From an uncultured virus (IMG/VR IMGVR_UViG_3300021963_000091) (Duplodnaviria; Heunggongvirae; Uroviricota; Caudoviricetes): DNA of 64,000 bases. The notes below the pieces were generated by a model. That model saw nothing but the letters and a program-made list of their open reading frames with translations. It did no database searches and was not told the DNA's origin. The stretch is from the IMG/VR virus record IMGVR_UViG_3300021963_000091; one strand, given 5' to 3'. Positions 28,569 to 37,790 of this stretch are shown here, piece by piece; within the stretch, counting starts at the first letter, position 1; each line of letters starts with the position of its first letter. The position numbers and the translations under genes are program-made.

Positions 28569-29300
28569 TTACTTATTCTTCTCCTCAATAATACCCTTCT
28601 TGATTAAAGATTCCTTATTATCGGAAACGAATTGTTCTCTCTGCTCTCTAAGTAGTTGCTCCATATCTTGCATGTTATTAACATCAAGAACCGAGCTCTG
28701 TGTTTCTATAAGATCACCATCTATATCGAGATAATATTTTAATAACTCAATACGCTCTTCACGTGAGCCAAATATCTCAATAATAGGCGGAGCATCGCCT
28801 TTTTCGAAGAATATACTCTTATCTCGGGCGTGTTGATGCGTAATAGCTTTGAATATATTGTCGATCTCGTAAACATACTCGCTATCAATCTCTCTCTCAT
28901 CACGTTCCTCGAGCTTGACTAATGCAACCTCCGTGATCGGAATAAAAAAGACAATATCAATATTTTTCATTGCCTCCTTAACAGTGTCTATACAACTATT
29001 AATGAATGCTTTATCAATATCTGACACTCCCTTATCCATCGACCATAACGAATACACAATATTATCAATAGCGCACCGGTCAAAAATTATCTTATCACCC
29101 TTCCGCGCACTTTTCTGATCCTTTGCTAGTGAGTTGAGGATTTGACGCTGACCGTCTCTAGTTACCTTCTTGTTGAGTGGAATATCTGTAAGTTTGCGGT
29201 AGCTTTCAGCTGATCTTGCATAACTAGGCCACTGACTGAGTATGTCGCCGACGAACGTTGATTTACCTTGACAAGCTGAACCGGATATAGCTATGCGCAT
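28569..29300 (-). CDS. P-loop nucleotide kinase-like protein (AAA_28/NadR-like)
   Basis: MRIAISGSACQGKST, IIFDRCAIDN, IFGSREER. Confidence 0.75.
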   Translation of the reverse strand: MRIAISGSACQGKSTFVGDILSQWPSYARSAESYRKLTDIPLNKKVTRDGQRQILNSLAKDQKSARKGDKIIFDRCAIDNIVYSLWSMDKGVSDIDKAFINSCIDTVKEAMKNIDIVFFIPITEVALVKLEERDEREIDSEYVYEIDNIFKAITHQHARDKSIFFEKGDAPPIIEIFGSREERIELLKYYLDIDGDLIETQSSVLDVNNMQDMEQLLREQREQFVSDNKESLIKKGIIEEKNK

Positions 29301-29336
29301 ACCTAATATTATGCATCTACAATCAATAATTCAACT

Positions 29337-29813
29337 CTAGCACATATTTTTAATCCAACTCTGAGTTTTAAACATAAGTTCTGAATTTTCGTCCAAAGTT
29401 CCATGTAACACTATATTAAGAATATTACTAGCAGGATTCAATACAACTAACGATAAGTTATTTCTATTAATACATCCCTCTCCTCTGTTTTTATACACGA
29501 GAGTATCATACCCTCGCTTCTTATAACTATTCTCCATTTCAGTAGCCGCGTTCTGGCCACTATCAATCACCAATTGACCGTATAGTCTCCCGACATTTAA
29601 CACAATCTTATACATATACATCTCTGTATAATCCGCATTATCAACTATATGGAGGTACGCCCGATCTAGCGCCTGGATTACGGAGCCTACATGCATGGGG
29701 TCACTCTTTAAGGACTTAAAAAGATTACTCTGGCTCGAAACATGAAACACTATTATACTCTGAACTTTTTTTATTTTAATAAACGGGGTATCGGAGTTAA
29801 GCTGTAGGTCCAT
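29337..29813 (-). CDS. Possible ADP-ribosyltransferase-fold protein
   Basis: VFHVS..MHVGS..QA..R..YKIVL..GYDTLVYKN.GEG..SLVVLNP; late TAAGTA at 29820-29825. Confidence 0.45.
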   Translation of the reverse strand: MDLQLNSDTPFIKIKKVQSIIVFHVSSQSNLFKSLKSDPMHVGSVIQALDRAYLHIVDNADYTEMYMYKIVLNVGRLYGQLVIDSGQNAATEMENSYKKRGYDTLVYKNRGEGCINRNNLSLVVLNPASNILNIVLHGTLDENSELMFKTQSWIKNMC

Positions 29814-29825
29814 ATCAGATACTTA

Positions 29826-30593
29826 TCACACTCTGAGAGCTTTATCCCAGACCACTAAATGCAGTCGGGGGCTCAGCTTAAAGTTATATTCCTTACAAAT
29901 ATCTGCTACGTATGTAATTGCGGCCGTATGTTCCTCTCTCGAACCGCAGCACGGCATCAGCCACACAAGGCTACTCGGTAGCTTAATATCGGGGTGGTTG
30001 ATATAATTTTTAAGAATTTCGTCAATATTCTCACTATTACTAACAACAAATTTGAAGCATGAATTATTCGCGACATGAAATTGTAAAACCTCCGGATTAT
30101 ATCTCTTATCTATTGGATCTCCGTTATTCGACAGTTTCGGTGAGGTGGTGAATGTTGCACTAAAGATGTCTACCCACTCAGGGTCAGGCATTATGGTACC
30201 GTTTGTTTCAAAATCAATCCTAGGTACAAATTGATACTTGATAGCAAATAATTTAATAAATTCGAGTAGCGGTTGCTGTCTAAGTAGTGGTTCACCTCCG
30301 GTAATTTTAAGAATTGCACCCCTAAAAAGATGCTGTATGTATCCCTTATCTTCGAGAAGCTTAAAGAGATCGTCGAACGATAGCTTATTTTTCTTAGACC
30401 ACGAGAGGTATGAATCGCATCCGAACGGTGAGGATTTACTTGCAAATCCCGCGCAAGTGAGATTACAACCGAATAATCTTAGGAAGACAGAGGGGTAACC
30501 TACATACCTACCCTCCCCTTCGATAGTATAGAAGATTTCAGGCTCGTTATTCTCCCCAGCAAAAAGAAGGTAGTTTGAAGCAGTATCTGACAT
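29826..30593 (-). CDS. queE: 7-carboxy-7-deazaguanine synthase (radical SAM)
   Basis: EIFYTIEGEG, VFLRLFGCNLTC..CDS, ITGGEPLL, ETNGT, SPKL, FKFVV, PRLH; start MSD from promoter position. Confidence 0.93.
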   Translation of the reverse strand: MSDTASNYLLFAGENNEPEIFYTIEGEGRYVGYPSVFLRLFGCNLTCAGFASKSSPFGCDSYLSWSKKNKLSFDDLFKLLEDKGYIQHLFRGAILKITGGEPLLRQQPLLEFIKLFAIKYQFVPRIDFETNGTIMPDPEWVDIFSATFTTSPKLSNNGDPIDKRYNPEVLQFHVANNSCFKFVVSNSENIDEILKNYINHPDIKLPSSLVWLMPCCGSREEHTAAITYVADICKEYNFKLSPRLHLVVWDKALRV

Positions 30594-30675
30594 ATCATCT
30601 ATGATAGCAGATAATGCCCGATGTATCCAATTATGCATTGAGTTTGTTTGATAGGGAATAGAATAAATACTATTG

Positions 30676-31401
30676 ATGTCACAAAAAAAGCCAAAGAACA
30701 TTAAGAAACCTAAATCTAATAAAATTATGGATACCGATCTAGGGTGTAATTTTACTATTAAGACTCCCTTTAAATTGACTGAGAGTCAGGTAGCATTTAC
30801 TGATATTGCGACCAACCCTGAGACGAGTATAATTCTGTGTGATGGTCCGGCAGGATCGTCTAAGACATACTGCGCAGTTAACGTCGCGTTGAGGATGTTA
30901 CAAAAGAAAGAAGCAGACCATATCCTCTACATTAGAAGTATCGTTGAATCAGCCACACGTAAGCTCGGATCTCTACCGGGTGAAGTAGATGAAAAGTTTA
31001 AACCGTGGATATTACCGCTACTCGAGAAATGTGATGAGTTAATTAGCCGCAATGTGACGGACTCCTTAATTGAAAATGAGTACATTACCTGCATTCCGGT
31101 AAATTTTCTAAGAGGCTCAACTTTTAAAGACTGTGTGGTTATTGTTGACGAAGCTCAGAATCTTGAGATGAGTGAGATCATAACCGTACTCACACGTATA
31201 GGTGTTAACTGTAAGATGTTTATAATCGGTGATAGCCTGCAGTCTGACATTAATAGATCGTGCTTCAAATCTATTGTCAGTGCATTCGACGACGATACCT
31301 CACGTGCTAACGGCATTCAGACTTATAGATTTACAGAAGATGATATCGTAAGAAGTAAAATCCTTAAATATATCATTAATAAGGTCAGCCACCTAAAGTA
31401 G
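30676..31401 (+). CDS. phoH: PhoH-family ATPase
   Basis: GPAGSSKT, LGSLPG...EK, FLRGSTF, IVDEAQN, LTRIG, IGDSLQSD, DIVRS. Confidence 0.93.
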   Translation: MSQKKPKNIKKPKSNKIMDTDLGCNFTIKTPFKLTESQVAFTDIATNPETSIILCDGPAGSSKTYCAVNVALRMLQKKEADHILYIRSIVESATRKLGSLPGEVDEKFKPWILPLLEKCDELISRNVTDSLIENEYITCIPVNFLRGSTFKDCVVIVDEAQNLEMSEIITVLTRIGVNCKMFIIGDSLQSDINRSCFKSIVSAFDDDTSRANGIQTYRFTEDDIVRSKILKYIINKVSHLK

Positions 31402-31593
31402 ACCTTGCTTTTCAATCTCTTGAAGCTCGCGAAGAGCGTCTTCGAGGGTTACCTGTCTATTATCCGAAGGCAGCTGTCGATTTGTAGTTGCAGCCACCGA
31501 GGTAGTTACCTCGTCTGGTATTAAGGATAGACACCTGGAGAGCACATCGTCTTCGAGCTGATTCACTAAAGGATCTCTTTCAATATCAAACAT
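31393..31593 (-). CDS. Hypothetical protein
   Basis: 66-aa ORF directly downstream of queD. Confidence 0.55.
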   Translation of the reverse strand: MFDIERDPLVNQLEDDVLSRCLSLIPDEVTTSVAATTNRQLPSDNRQVTLEDALRELQEIEKQGLL

Positions 31594-31597
31594 TATA

Positions 31598-32236
31598 TTA
31601 CTTCTTACCCCAGCTTGTACCGTCGAATAGGCCGCTATACCCCGAAGTAACCTTATTGCCTACCCGAGCTGCCCGAGGATTTTCTGCGGGGGGCAAATCT
31701 ATAGCAGGCGGTTCAATTTCACGTACCGGTATAACAGGAGTTATAATAATCTCATTTAATAAGACTGTAGGGTTTATTGTAGCTGCAATCGCGTTATTCG
31801 CTGTGTATATAGCAGAATTTTTTTCGTGTTCCCATACCTCGACCTTTTCAACCCAACACCGATCATTGGTAGACGCTCTGATATATTTATCTGATTGCTC
31901 AAAGCACCACTCAGCAGAGCGTTCAATCCCTACGCCTTTATCCATGATACGAAGATCGCAGCCCCCGGCTTCATGAAGTTGTTTGAGAATAGGGAGTAGA
32001 GGATCGTTACTTGCAGCAACTAGTGTATGGTCAAACTGCTTTTCTAAGAGAGTCTTAAGATCCTTAAGACTCCCGAAGTCGACAACCCAATTCTTATCAT
32101 CTAGCGTATTACACCCGAACCAAAATTTAGCGACGAGGCGGTAGCCGTGAAGGAACTTGCAATGGCTGTGTACTGCAAACGGTTGACGAAAAGCGCAGCT
32201 GCCTAATTCAATTATCTTAGTACTAGAGAAACTCAT
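31598..32236 (-). CDS. queD: 6-carboxytetrahydropterin synthase with C-terminal extension
   Basis: SHCKFLHGY, WVVDFGSLK, FDH, VWEHEKNSA; promoter TTGATA-N16-TATTTT at 32244-32271. Confidence 0.92.
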   Translation of the reverse strand: MSFSSTKIIELGSCAFRQPFAVHSHCKFLHGYRLVAKFWFGCNTLDDKNWVVDFGSLKDLKTLLEKQFDHTLVAASNDPLLPILKQLHEAGGCDLRIMDKGVGIERSAEWCFEQSDKYIRASTNDRCWVEKVEVWEHEKNSAIYTANNAIAATINPTVLLNEIIITPVIPVREIEPPAIDLPPAENPRAARVGNKVTSGYSGLFDGTSWGKK

Positions 32237-32305
32237 ACCCTATAAAATAGATACATAAGGTGAGATATCAACTCTTTAGGTAGAAGTAATTTACCATTAA
32301 TAATT

Positions 32306-32683
32306 TTAATTATCTCCCGGCTCCCAGTAATTCCGATTATCGTCCTCGATTTGTGCGTCTCGACGAGTTTGATCACCGGCTAGTTTCCAGATATCATCGG
32401 GGTCAGGTTCCGAGGTATCTACCTGAGCACGCTCCAGGTCTAAGTCCCTCAAAAGCCCTAACACGAGTGCTGTCCATGCTGCCTTTGGTGCGAGTCCGCC
32501 TGCAGGGTTATTAACGAAGCTCTTTAACCGTTTCATAGCTTCTTTTTGTCGCTCGGCCTCTTTCACCTTTCTACTCAGGGGTTTAGGTATTGTAGGGGTA
32601 AGAGGTAACTCGGACCGGTCCGGTACCATATCGCTACCTGTTTCATCGTGAGCTTCAATAAAAAGCTGATCAAAGGTCTTCAT
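32306..32683 (-). CDS. Candidate internal head protein
   Basis: MKTFDQLFIE N-terminus; TAAGTA at 32692-32697. Confidence 0.7.
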   Translation of the reverse strand: MKTFDQLFIEAHDETGSDMVPDRSELPLTPTIPKPLSRKVKEAERQKEAMKRLKSFVNNPAGGLAPKAAWTALVLGLLRDLDLERAQVDTSEPDPDDIWKLAGDQTRRDAQIEDDNRNYWEPGDN

Positions 32684-32734
32684 CTTAGAAATACTTATTA
32701 CAAGTCGCCGCGGAAAATCTGCTTATATTGTCCT

Positions 32735-32970
32735 ACAGGCGGTCCTTCGACCGGGATTGGGTCGTAATCTTTACTAGTCCATTTATCTTGTTGACGAAGC
32801 TTTATGCCGGGCTTGTGGAAGGGAGAACGACCGCTTAGAAACCTGCGCCACTGTCTGGGTTGTTTCGCGTACACCTATCCCCCTCGGGTGTTTACGTAGT
32901 AATACTGCTTTATTAGTCTCCTGAGAGAGTAGCCGCTAGCTTTCTCTAGTGGGGGGCTTAACCGCCTGAC
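32735..32970 (+). ncRNA. Candidate structured ncRNA of about 235 nt, family unknown
   Basis: GC-rich intergenic gap; ends pair (caggcggt 32736-32743 with accgcctg 32961-32968); several internal hairpins, most of whose G-U pairs favour the + strand. Confidence 0.5.
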
Positions 32971-33027
32971 ATCTCTACTTAGCTGTTTGTCAGAATAAGT
33001 CAACTAGCAACCGGTAAATAATTAAAA

Positions 33028-33366
33028 TTAACTCCCTCGATTTTGCGCTTCATTAGATGCTGTATGGATTTGATCCCTTAGTGGATCTTCGGCAGAGTAC
33101 GAGGAGTTAGGGTTAGTGCTCGGGGATACAGTTTTAGGCTTCTTCGACTCTAGTTCTTTGAGTACGGTAGACATCGGCTGTGTTTTATGTTTATCGTACA
33201 TCTGCTGAGCTTCTTCATCTGTTACATCATTACCGAGATATCTTAAAGTACTACCTAAACGGTATGGACACTCAATTTTATCGCCGGGTTGGTATACTTC
33301 GCTAGCTGGGGATGTAACGTTCTCGGCTAAGTGTTTATTAATGAACCTGTCAAAGTATCTCTTCAT
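33028..33366 (-). CDS. Candidate internal head protein
   Basis: MKRYFDRFINKHLAE; TAAATA at 33374-33379. Confidence 0.7.
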   Translation of the reverse strand: MKRYFDRFINKHLAENVTSPASEVYQPGDKIECPYRLGSTLRYLGNDVTDEEAQQMYDKHKTQPMSTVLKELESKKPKTVSPSTNPNSSYSAEDPLRDQIHTASNEAQNRGS

Positions 33367-33381
33367 ATAAGAATATTTATG

Positions 33382-34149
33382 CTAAACTATATTAACTATA
33401 AAAGTTTTTCTCTTCCGACCGCCTGCTACAGTTAACTCGGGTCCCTTTAATCCTACAGTACCAGTAACCGGATTGCCCTCATAATCTTTAGTACTTACAC
33501 GCGCGCCGAGTGTAGTCGTCATGCCAGGTTCGTCAAACCACACGAGAGCGTATGGCGCGGAATCACGGCCGTCCGTATTAAAGATAAACACGCCGTCCTT
33601 AAAGGTAAGTACAGGTATATGACCGGTCTCATCTTCATCCTGAATGTACCCTTCGACCGGATCATTGACCTGCACTACCCACTTCTTTACAGATCTATAA
33701 GGGTTAACGTCTTTGGTATCTATCTCAGCTACTACATACCTGTCATTGGGTAATCCAGGCTTACCCACCCGAATATTAATAACCATATTTTCGCCAACCA
33801 GAGACGTTTTTTCAACGGTGCCCTCATAATCCTTTGTTCTAATACCTATATATTTAACTCTATCGCCTGTTTTGGGCCACCCTTGCGGTAGCGATTGGCG
33901 GCGCTGAAAATCACTCAATTGTTGTATAGAGTCGCCTGATAGTTTTTTTCCAATAGCTCCGGCTACATCAGCTGCTACACCTATTGCTCCGCGATCTTGA
34001 AGAGCTTTCATCTGCGCGGTGAGTTTGCCGGGTTCGATAGCAGCAATTGCGCTACCAACTTTTGATGCTATCTTACCGAGAGAACCGAGCGTTGTTGAAA
34101 ATCCCGGAGTATCTTGCTCCGCTATATGAACGAGTTCATTAAATGTCAT
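33382..34149 (-). CDS. Candidate internal head protein
   Basis: MTFNELVHIAE followed by an amphipathic Gly/Ala-rich segment. Confidence 0.7.
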   Translation of the reverse strand: MTFNELVHIAEQDTPGFSTTLGSLGKIASKVGSAIAAIEPGKLTAQMKALQDRGAIGVAADVAGAIGKKLSGDSIQQLSDFQRRQSLPQGWPKTGDRVKYIGIRTKDYEGTVEKTSLVGENMVINIRVGKPGLPNDRYVVAEIDTKDVNPYRSVKKWVVQVNDPVEGYIQDEDETGHIPVLTFKDGVFIFNTDGRDSAPYALVWFDEPGMTTTLGARVSTKDYEGNPVTGTVGLKGPELTVAGGRKRKTFIVNIV

Positions 34150-34555
34150 GAGGTGTTTCAGGTGTAAAATTAAACTTCTTAAATAGGTCGACTATATCTG
34201 AATCGCTCTTGCCACTTTGGTTTAAGAATGATTCGATACTGTCTATATCAGTGCAATTAGATATCTGACCGAATAGTGGATTACTATCATCTAGTTCCAG
34301 CTCTTGTACGATGTATTGCTTAAAGTCACATAGTCTATCGTCAGGTAATAAGGCTTCTTTCGGTATCACTACGATGGGAAGATTAGGAGACATTACCATC
34401 GTCTTAAGGAGGTCTATTGTTTCCGTTAAGACGTATCCTTCATAACCGTCTATGTTCCTAAAATTAGAATAGGATGCGTACATCGGATCTACTTTAATTC
34501 TAAATCGTTTTAACGATTGACTCATATTCGCGGTTACAGCGTCGTCAAATTGCAT
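34139..34555 (-). CDS. Hypothetical late protein
   Basis: TAAGTA at 34564-34569; 138-aa ORF. Confidence 0.7.
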   Translation of the reverse strand: MQFDDAVTANMSQSLKRFRIKVDPMYASYSNFRNIDGYEGYVLTETIDLLKTMVMSPNLPIVVIPKEALLPDDRLCDFKQYIVQELELDDSNPLFGQISNCTDIDSIESFLNQSGKSDSDIVDLFKKFNFTPETPHDI

Positions 34556-34630
34556 TACTAAAGTACTTATTTAATTTATCTGAACTTCTAGCAGTTGATT
34601 TACAATTTTAAGAATATATCTTCAAATAGA

Positions 34631-35257
34631 ATGGAAAAGATTTTACAGGCTAACAGCAATCACCCTCGCTCCGAAGAGGAAAAATTAAGGATTATTGCAG
34701 CAGCAACTAAGGCTTATGAAGCCTATCTCGATGCACTTCAGTTTGACTGGCGCAACGATCCTAACAGCGACAATACCCCGGAGCGAGTTGCCAAAGCTTT
34801 CGTGAGGGATTTAGCTTCTGGCTGTTATAACGAACCGCCGAAGGTTACACACTTCCCGTCTCGCGGATATAACGGGATTATTTTTGAAGGTAATATTCCT
34901 ATGAGCAGTCTTTGTGCTCACCACCATCTCAATATTGACGGTGTAGTTCATGTCGCATACATCCCCGCTGGGAATGTTGCAGGGCTGTCTAAATTAAATA
35001 GAATTGTTGATTTTTACTCGCGGCGTCCGCAGATTCAAGAGGATCTCACCACCCAGCTGCACGACGCAATTAACGATCTATGCGCAGGTAATAAAGGAGT
35101 AGCGGTTATGGTATCTGCTACTCATTCTTGCGTTTCGTGTAGAGGGGTAAGACATATCGGATGTGAGATGAAAACTTCAAAACTTAGTGGAGACTTTATG
35201 GCAGATGCAGCAACTCGTGCTGAGTTTTATACCTTTATCTCAGATCTTAAACGCTGA
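34631..35257 (+). CDS. folE: GTP cyclohydrolase I
   Basis: TPERVAK, SLCAHH, GLSKLNRIV, RRPQIQE, HSCVSCRG; promoter TTGATT-N16-TATCTT at 34595-34622. Confidence 0.96.
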   Translation: MEKILQANSNHPRSEEEKLRIIAAATKAYEAYLDALQFDWRNDPNSDNTPERVAKAFVRDLASGCYNEPPKVTHFPSRGYNGIIFEGNIPMSSLCAHHHLNIDGVVHVAYIPAGNVAGLSKLNRIVDFYSRRPQIQEDLTTQLHDAINDLCAGNKGVAVMVSATHSCVSCRGVRHIGCEMKTSKLSGDFMADAATRAEFYTFISDLKR

Positions 35258-35259
35258 TC

Positions 35260-35670
35260 TCAAATCAAAGCTTCTTTGCTGTTAACCTGTATAACTGCAT
35301 CTATCTGCTTTAAAAAAATCTCTCCGAGAAGAACGGGACACTCGTTGCTACTGCGATCAGCAAGAGTAAAGGGAGTATTCGGATAAAACTGACCTTTAAA
35401 CTTTATATTAAAGGGAACTACATATCGTTGCTCGGTTACACCGGATCCTATGTTGATATCTGCCGAGGATATTACTTTTCTGGTAATTGTTTTCTGATTA
35501 GATAAAAACGTTATCTTACCATCTCGGTATTCAATATTAGCCGCATCGAGTACGTTATACCCGTCGTTACCGGAATCTATCTTCGCCTTTAGATCTCCTA
35601 CATCTTCAATAAAAATGGGCTCAACGATTCCCATCGTTTGCTGCTCGTAATATTTACTAAAGGAGGTCAT
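35260..35670 (-). CDS. Retropepsin-like aspartic protease (RimK-associated type)
   Basis: AKIDSGN catalytic motif, RYVV, FTLADRS, PVLLG. Confidence 0.8.
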   Translation of the reverse strand: MTSFSKYYEQQTMGIVEPIFIEDVGDLKAKIDSGNDGYNVLDAANIEYRDGKITFLSNQKTITRKVISSADINIGSGVTEQRYVVPFNIKFKGQFYPNTPFTLADRSSNECPVLLGEIFLKQIDAVIQVNSKEALI

Positions 35671-36038
35671 TTAATATTCGATAAGTCAGTTTGTATATTT
35701 ATATCGGGGTTATACTTCTTTATTAAGGCGAGAATTGCCGTAAACTTATCATAAACATTATCACCGTTAACCTCGCCGATATCGATAATCTTATCTGCAT
35801 CGTCTTCTTCCGGTCTAATTACAAATGCATCTTTTAATAATCTCACTAGAGTGACGAATCCGCTTGTATCAAGTTGTGCGGCAGGTTCCGGTTCTAGTTG
35901 CTGATTGGCGATATCTTGCTCGCCTTCAACTGGAACAGGTAAAGCGGAGGCATTAGGGTCTGGCTGTTCGACAGGAGCAGCGGGTTCGCCCTGCTCGACA
36001 ATATAACTATCATATATTTTACGAAATCTGGATTCCAT
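35667..36038 (-). CDS. Candidate internal head protein
   Basis: MESRFRKIYDSYIVE; TAAATA at 36044-36049. Confidence 0.7.
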   Translation of the reverse strand: MESRFRKIYDSYIVEQGEPAAPVEQPDPNASALPVPVEGEQDIANQQLEPEPAAQLDTSGFVTLVRLLKDAFVIRPEEDDADKIIDIGEVNGDNVYDKFTAILALIKKYNPDINIQTDLSNIK

Positions 36039-36050
36039 ACAATTATTTAA

Positions 36051-36611
36051 TCACGACAGTAACAACATCTTTGACCTTAATTGATTAAAGTATACCTGAT
36101 CTAGAAAATATAGATCAGTTTTCTTTACATAGGTCTTTATTTTGTCGAATAAAAAGGAAGAATTATCTCTACCTACGAGCAACTCTATATCTGTATTAAT
36201 TTTAAGAGCGATATTTTTACCGTTCTTATAAGAGTTTACAAAATACTCAAAAGGATACTCTGACATGTATACTCTAAGAGGTAGCTTGCTCTGGATAATT
36301 TTTATTAATTTACCCAATAGCTTACGCAGATCGCTCTCATTAAATAAATCCCAAGTTTCTGTATCGACTAGATCGTCTGTGTTTACGTAGAAGATGGCCT
36401 TGTGTTGCTTACAGTGCATCGCATATTCACACATCTCGTGTATTATGTGATGTCGGAAAAATCGCTGTGTAGTCTTCTCTATCTTACCTTCACCGGTGCA
36501 GGAATATGTTCGTAGATCGGATAGCAGTAGCGGTTCAATCTTTTTTTTATACAGGGACCCAAAGCTAACTACTCGGTATCTATTACTATTAAGATATAAG
36601 CAGCTTATCAT
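36051..36611 (-). CDS. Hypothetical early protein
   Basis: Promoter TTGAAT-N16-TATCTT at 36617-36644. Confidence 0.7.
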   Translation of the reverse strand: MISCLYLNSNRYRVVSFGSLYKKKIEPLLLSDLRTYSCTGEGKIEKTTQRFFRHHIIHEMCEYAMHCKQHKAIFYVNTDDLVDTETWDLFNESDLRKLLGKLIKIIQSKLPLRVYMSEYPFEYFVNSYKNGKNIALKINTDIELLVGRDNSSFLFDKIKTYVKKTDLYFLDQVYFNQLRSKMLLLS

Positions 36612-36623
36612 CAACTAAGATAA

Positions 36624-37109
36624 CTACAGGCCTTGCTTATTCAAAATAATATCCCTATTACTCTCAAAAAAGGTTTCCATGCTGCATATAGTCGATCCCT
36701 TATACTTCATATACGGTCCCGACTTTACCCATTTCATGGAGCTATCAAATACCACAAACGAACCGCTGTGTGTTATCTTAATAACAAGAAACCACTGTTT
36801 ATCTGAGGTTTTCGATTGCTCTATCCACCCGTCTAGTGCTTTGTTAGTTGTAAATAGAGAAGAAAATGAGAAATCCCTATAACTCTTACACTCGATAGAT
36901 ATATGCTTTAGCTCATCCGGTACAATTATGTCACCGTTTGATAGTAGGAGCTGACTTTCGGATAGTATATCTTTACGGAAGCTGTTTTTACCTCCAACAA
37001 AAGCGCCTGAATTAGGAATTCTCTGGAAACTGAGCCCGAATATGACGGATAAATGATCGGCTACTTCTCTTTCCCACCTATTTCCTTTTTGTTTGTTTGG
37101 ATTTGGCAT
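36624..37109 (-). CDS. PD-(D/E)XK nuclease, Hjc-like Holliday junction resolvase
   Basis: KQKGNRWERE, R.PNSGA, GDI, IECK, WIEQ. Confidence 0.8.
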   Translation of the reverse strand: MPNPNKQKGNRWEREVADHLSVIFGLSFQRIPNSGAFVGGKNSFRKDILSESQLLLSNGDIIVPDELKHISIECKSYRDFSFSSLFTTNKALDGWIEQSKTSDKQWFLVIKITHSGSFVVFDSSMKWVKSGPYMKYKGSTICSMETFFESNRDIILNKQGL

Positions 37110-37356
37110 ACCGTTTAGATAACTTACGCCTCTTACGACGTCTTTTCAACCCATCAATACCTGGTCTGCGGTATATCCCCATAGAGAACGGCATTCTGTA
37201 GTCTCCAGGCGCGTAGCCGTTATCGTTATTAGCAGGAAACTGATTACCAGTGCCACCTATGTCGATACCACCTGAAAATACTGACATCTCACCACCAGAT
37301 GTCATGTCTTCTGATAGGTTCTGACTCTCGGTATAGAATAACTTGAACGATTTCAT
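37078..37356 (-). CDS. Candidate internal head protein with very basic C-terminus
   Basis: MKSFKLFYTESQNLSE; KRRRKRRK; TATAAATA at 37380-37387. Confidence 0.7.
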   Translation of the reverse strand: MKSFKLFYTESQNLSEDMTSGGEMSVFSGGIDIGGTGNQFPANNDNGYAPGDYRMPFSMGIYRRPGIDGLKRRRKRRKLSKRYAKSKQTKRK

Positions 37357-37391
37357 TGATAACTAGTAATAACCACCTATATTTATAGCGT

Positions 37392-37790
37392 ATGCCCAAT
37401 CTTCTCGATCAATATTTACTCGAATTCAGCGAAGACGTTAAGGTTGACGCCTTTAACATCAAGGATGTGCAGATGAAGCTACCGGCCATTAAGCATAAAT
37501 GGGTCGGTAGATATGTTAGATGTAAGCAAGAGGTGATTAAATTGGGTAGAGATAGAGAGGCTTATAAGAAAACACTCATTGGTAAGCTACAAAAGGATGC
37601 GCCTGTTAAGTTGACTGATTATGCAGCCGGCAAAACTATAGAGATTAACAGTTTGCTGAAAGAATACGACGAAAAGCTTGAAGAGTGTGGGATGATATTA
37701 GAGTTTCTCGATGAATCTAAGAAAACTCTCACATCAATGACGTGGGATATCCGTAACATCGTAGAGATAATTAAACTTGAGACCACATGA
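37392..37790 (+). CDS. uvsY: Recombination mediator UvsY-like
   Basis: D.KVD..N, LPAIKHKW, WDIRNIVE; upstream of uvsW. Confidence 0.8.
   Translation: MPNLLDQYLLEFSEDVKVDAFNIKDVQMKLPAIKHKWVGRYVRCKQEVIKLGRDREAYKKTLIGKLQKDAPVKLTDYAAGKTIEINSLLKEYDEKLEECGMILEFLDESKKTLTSMTWDIRNIVEIIKLETT

Noticed and set aside
32698..32874. 58-aa minus-strand ORF (GTG start after GAGGGGG), extendable upstream through one TAG
   Set aside because: No recognisable protein features, SD-led starts are atypical here, and RNA stems explain the region better. Not fully excluded.
32735..32970. tmRNA, RNase P RNA, group I intron or preQ1 riboswitch
   Set aside because: No tRNA-like ends, no GAGGAAAGUCC core, no P7 partner for the AGACUA-like stretch, and not positioned as a que-gene leader.
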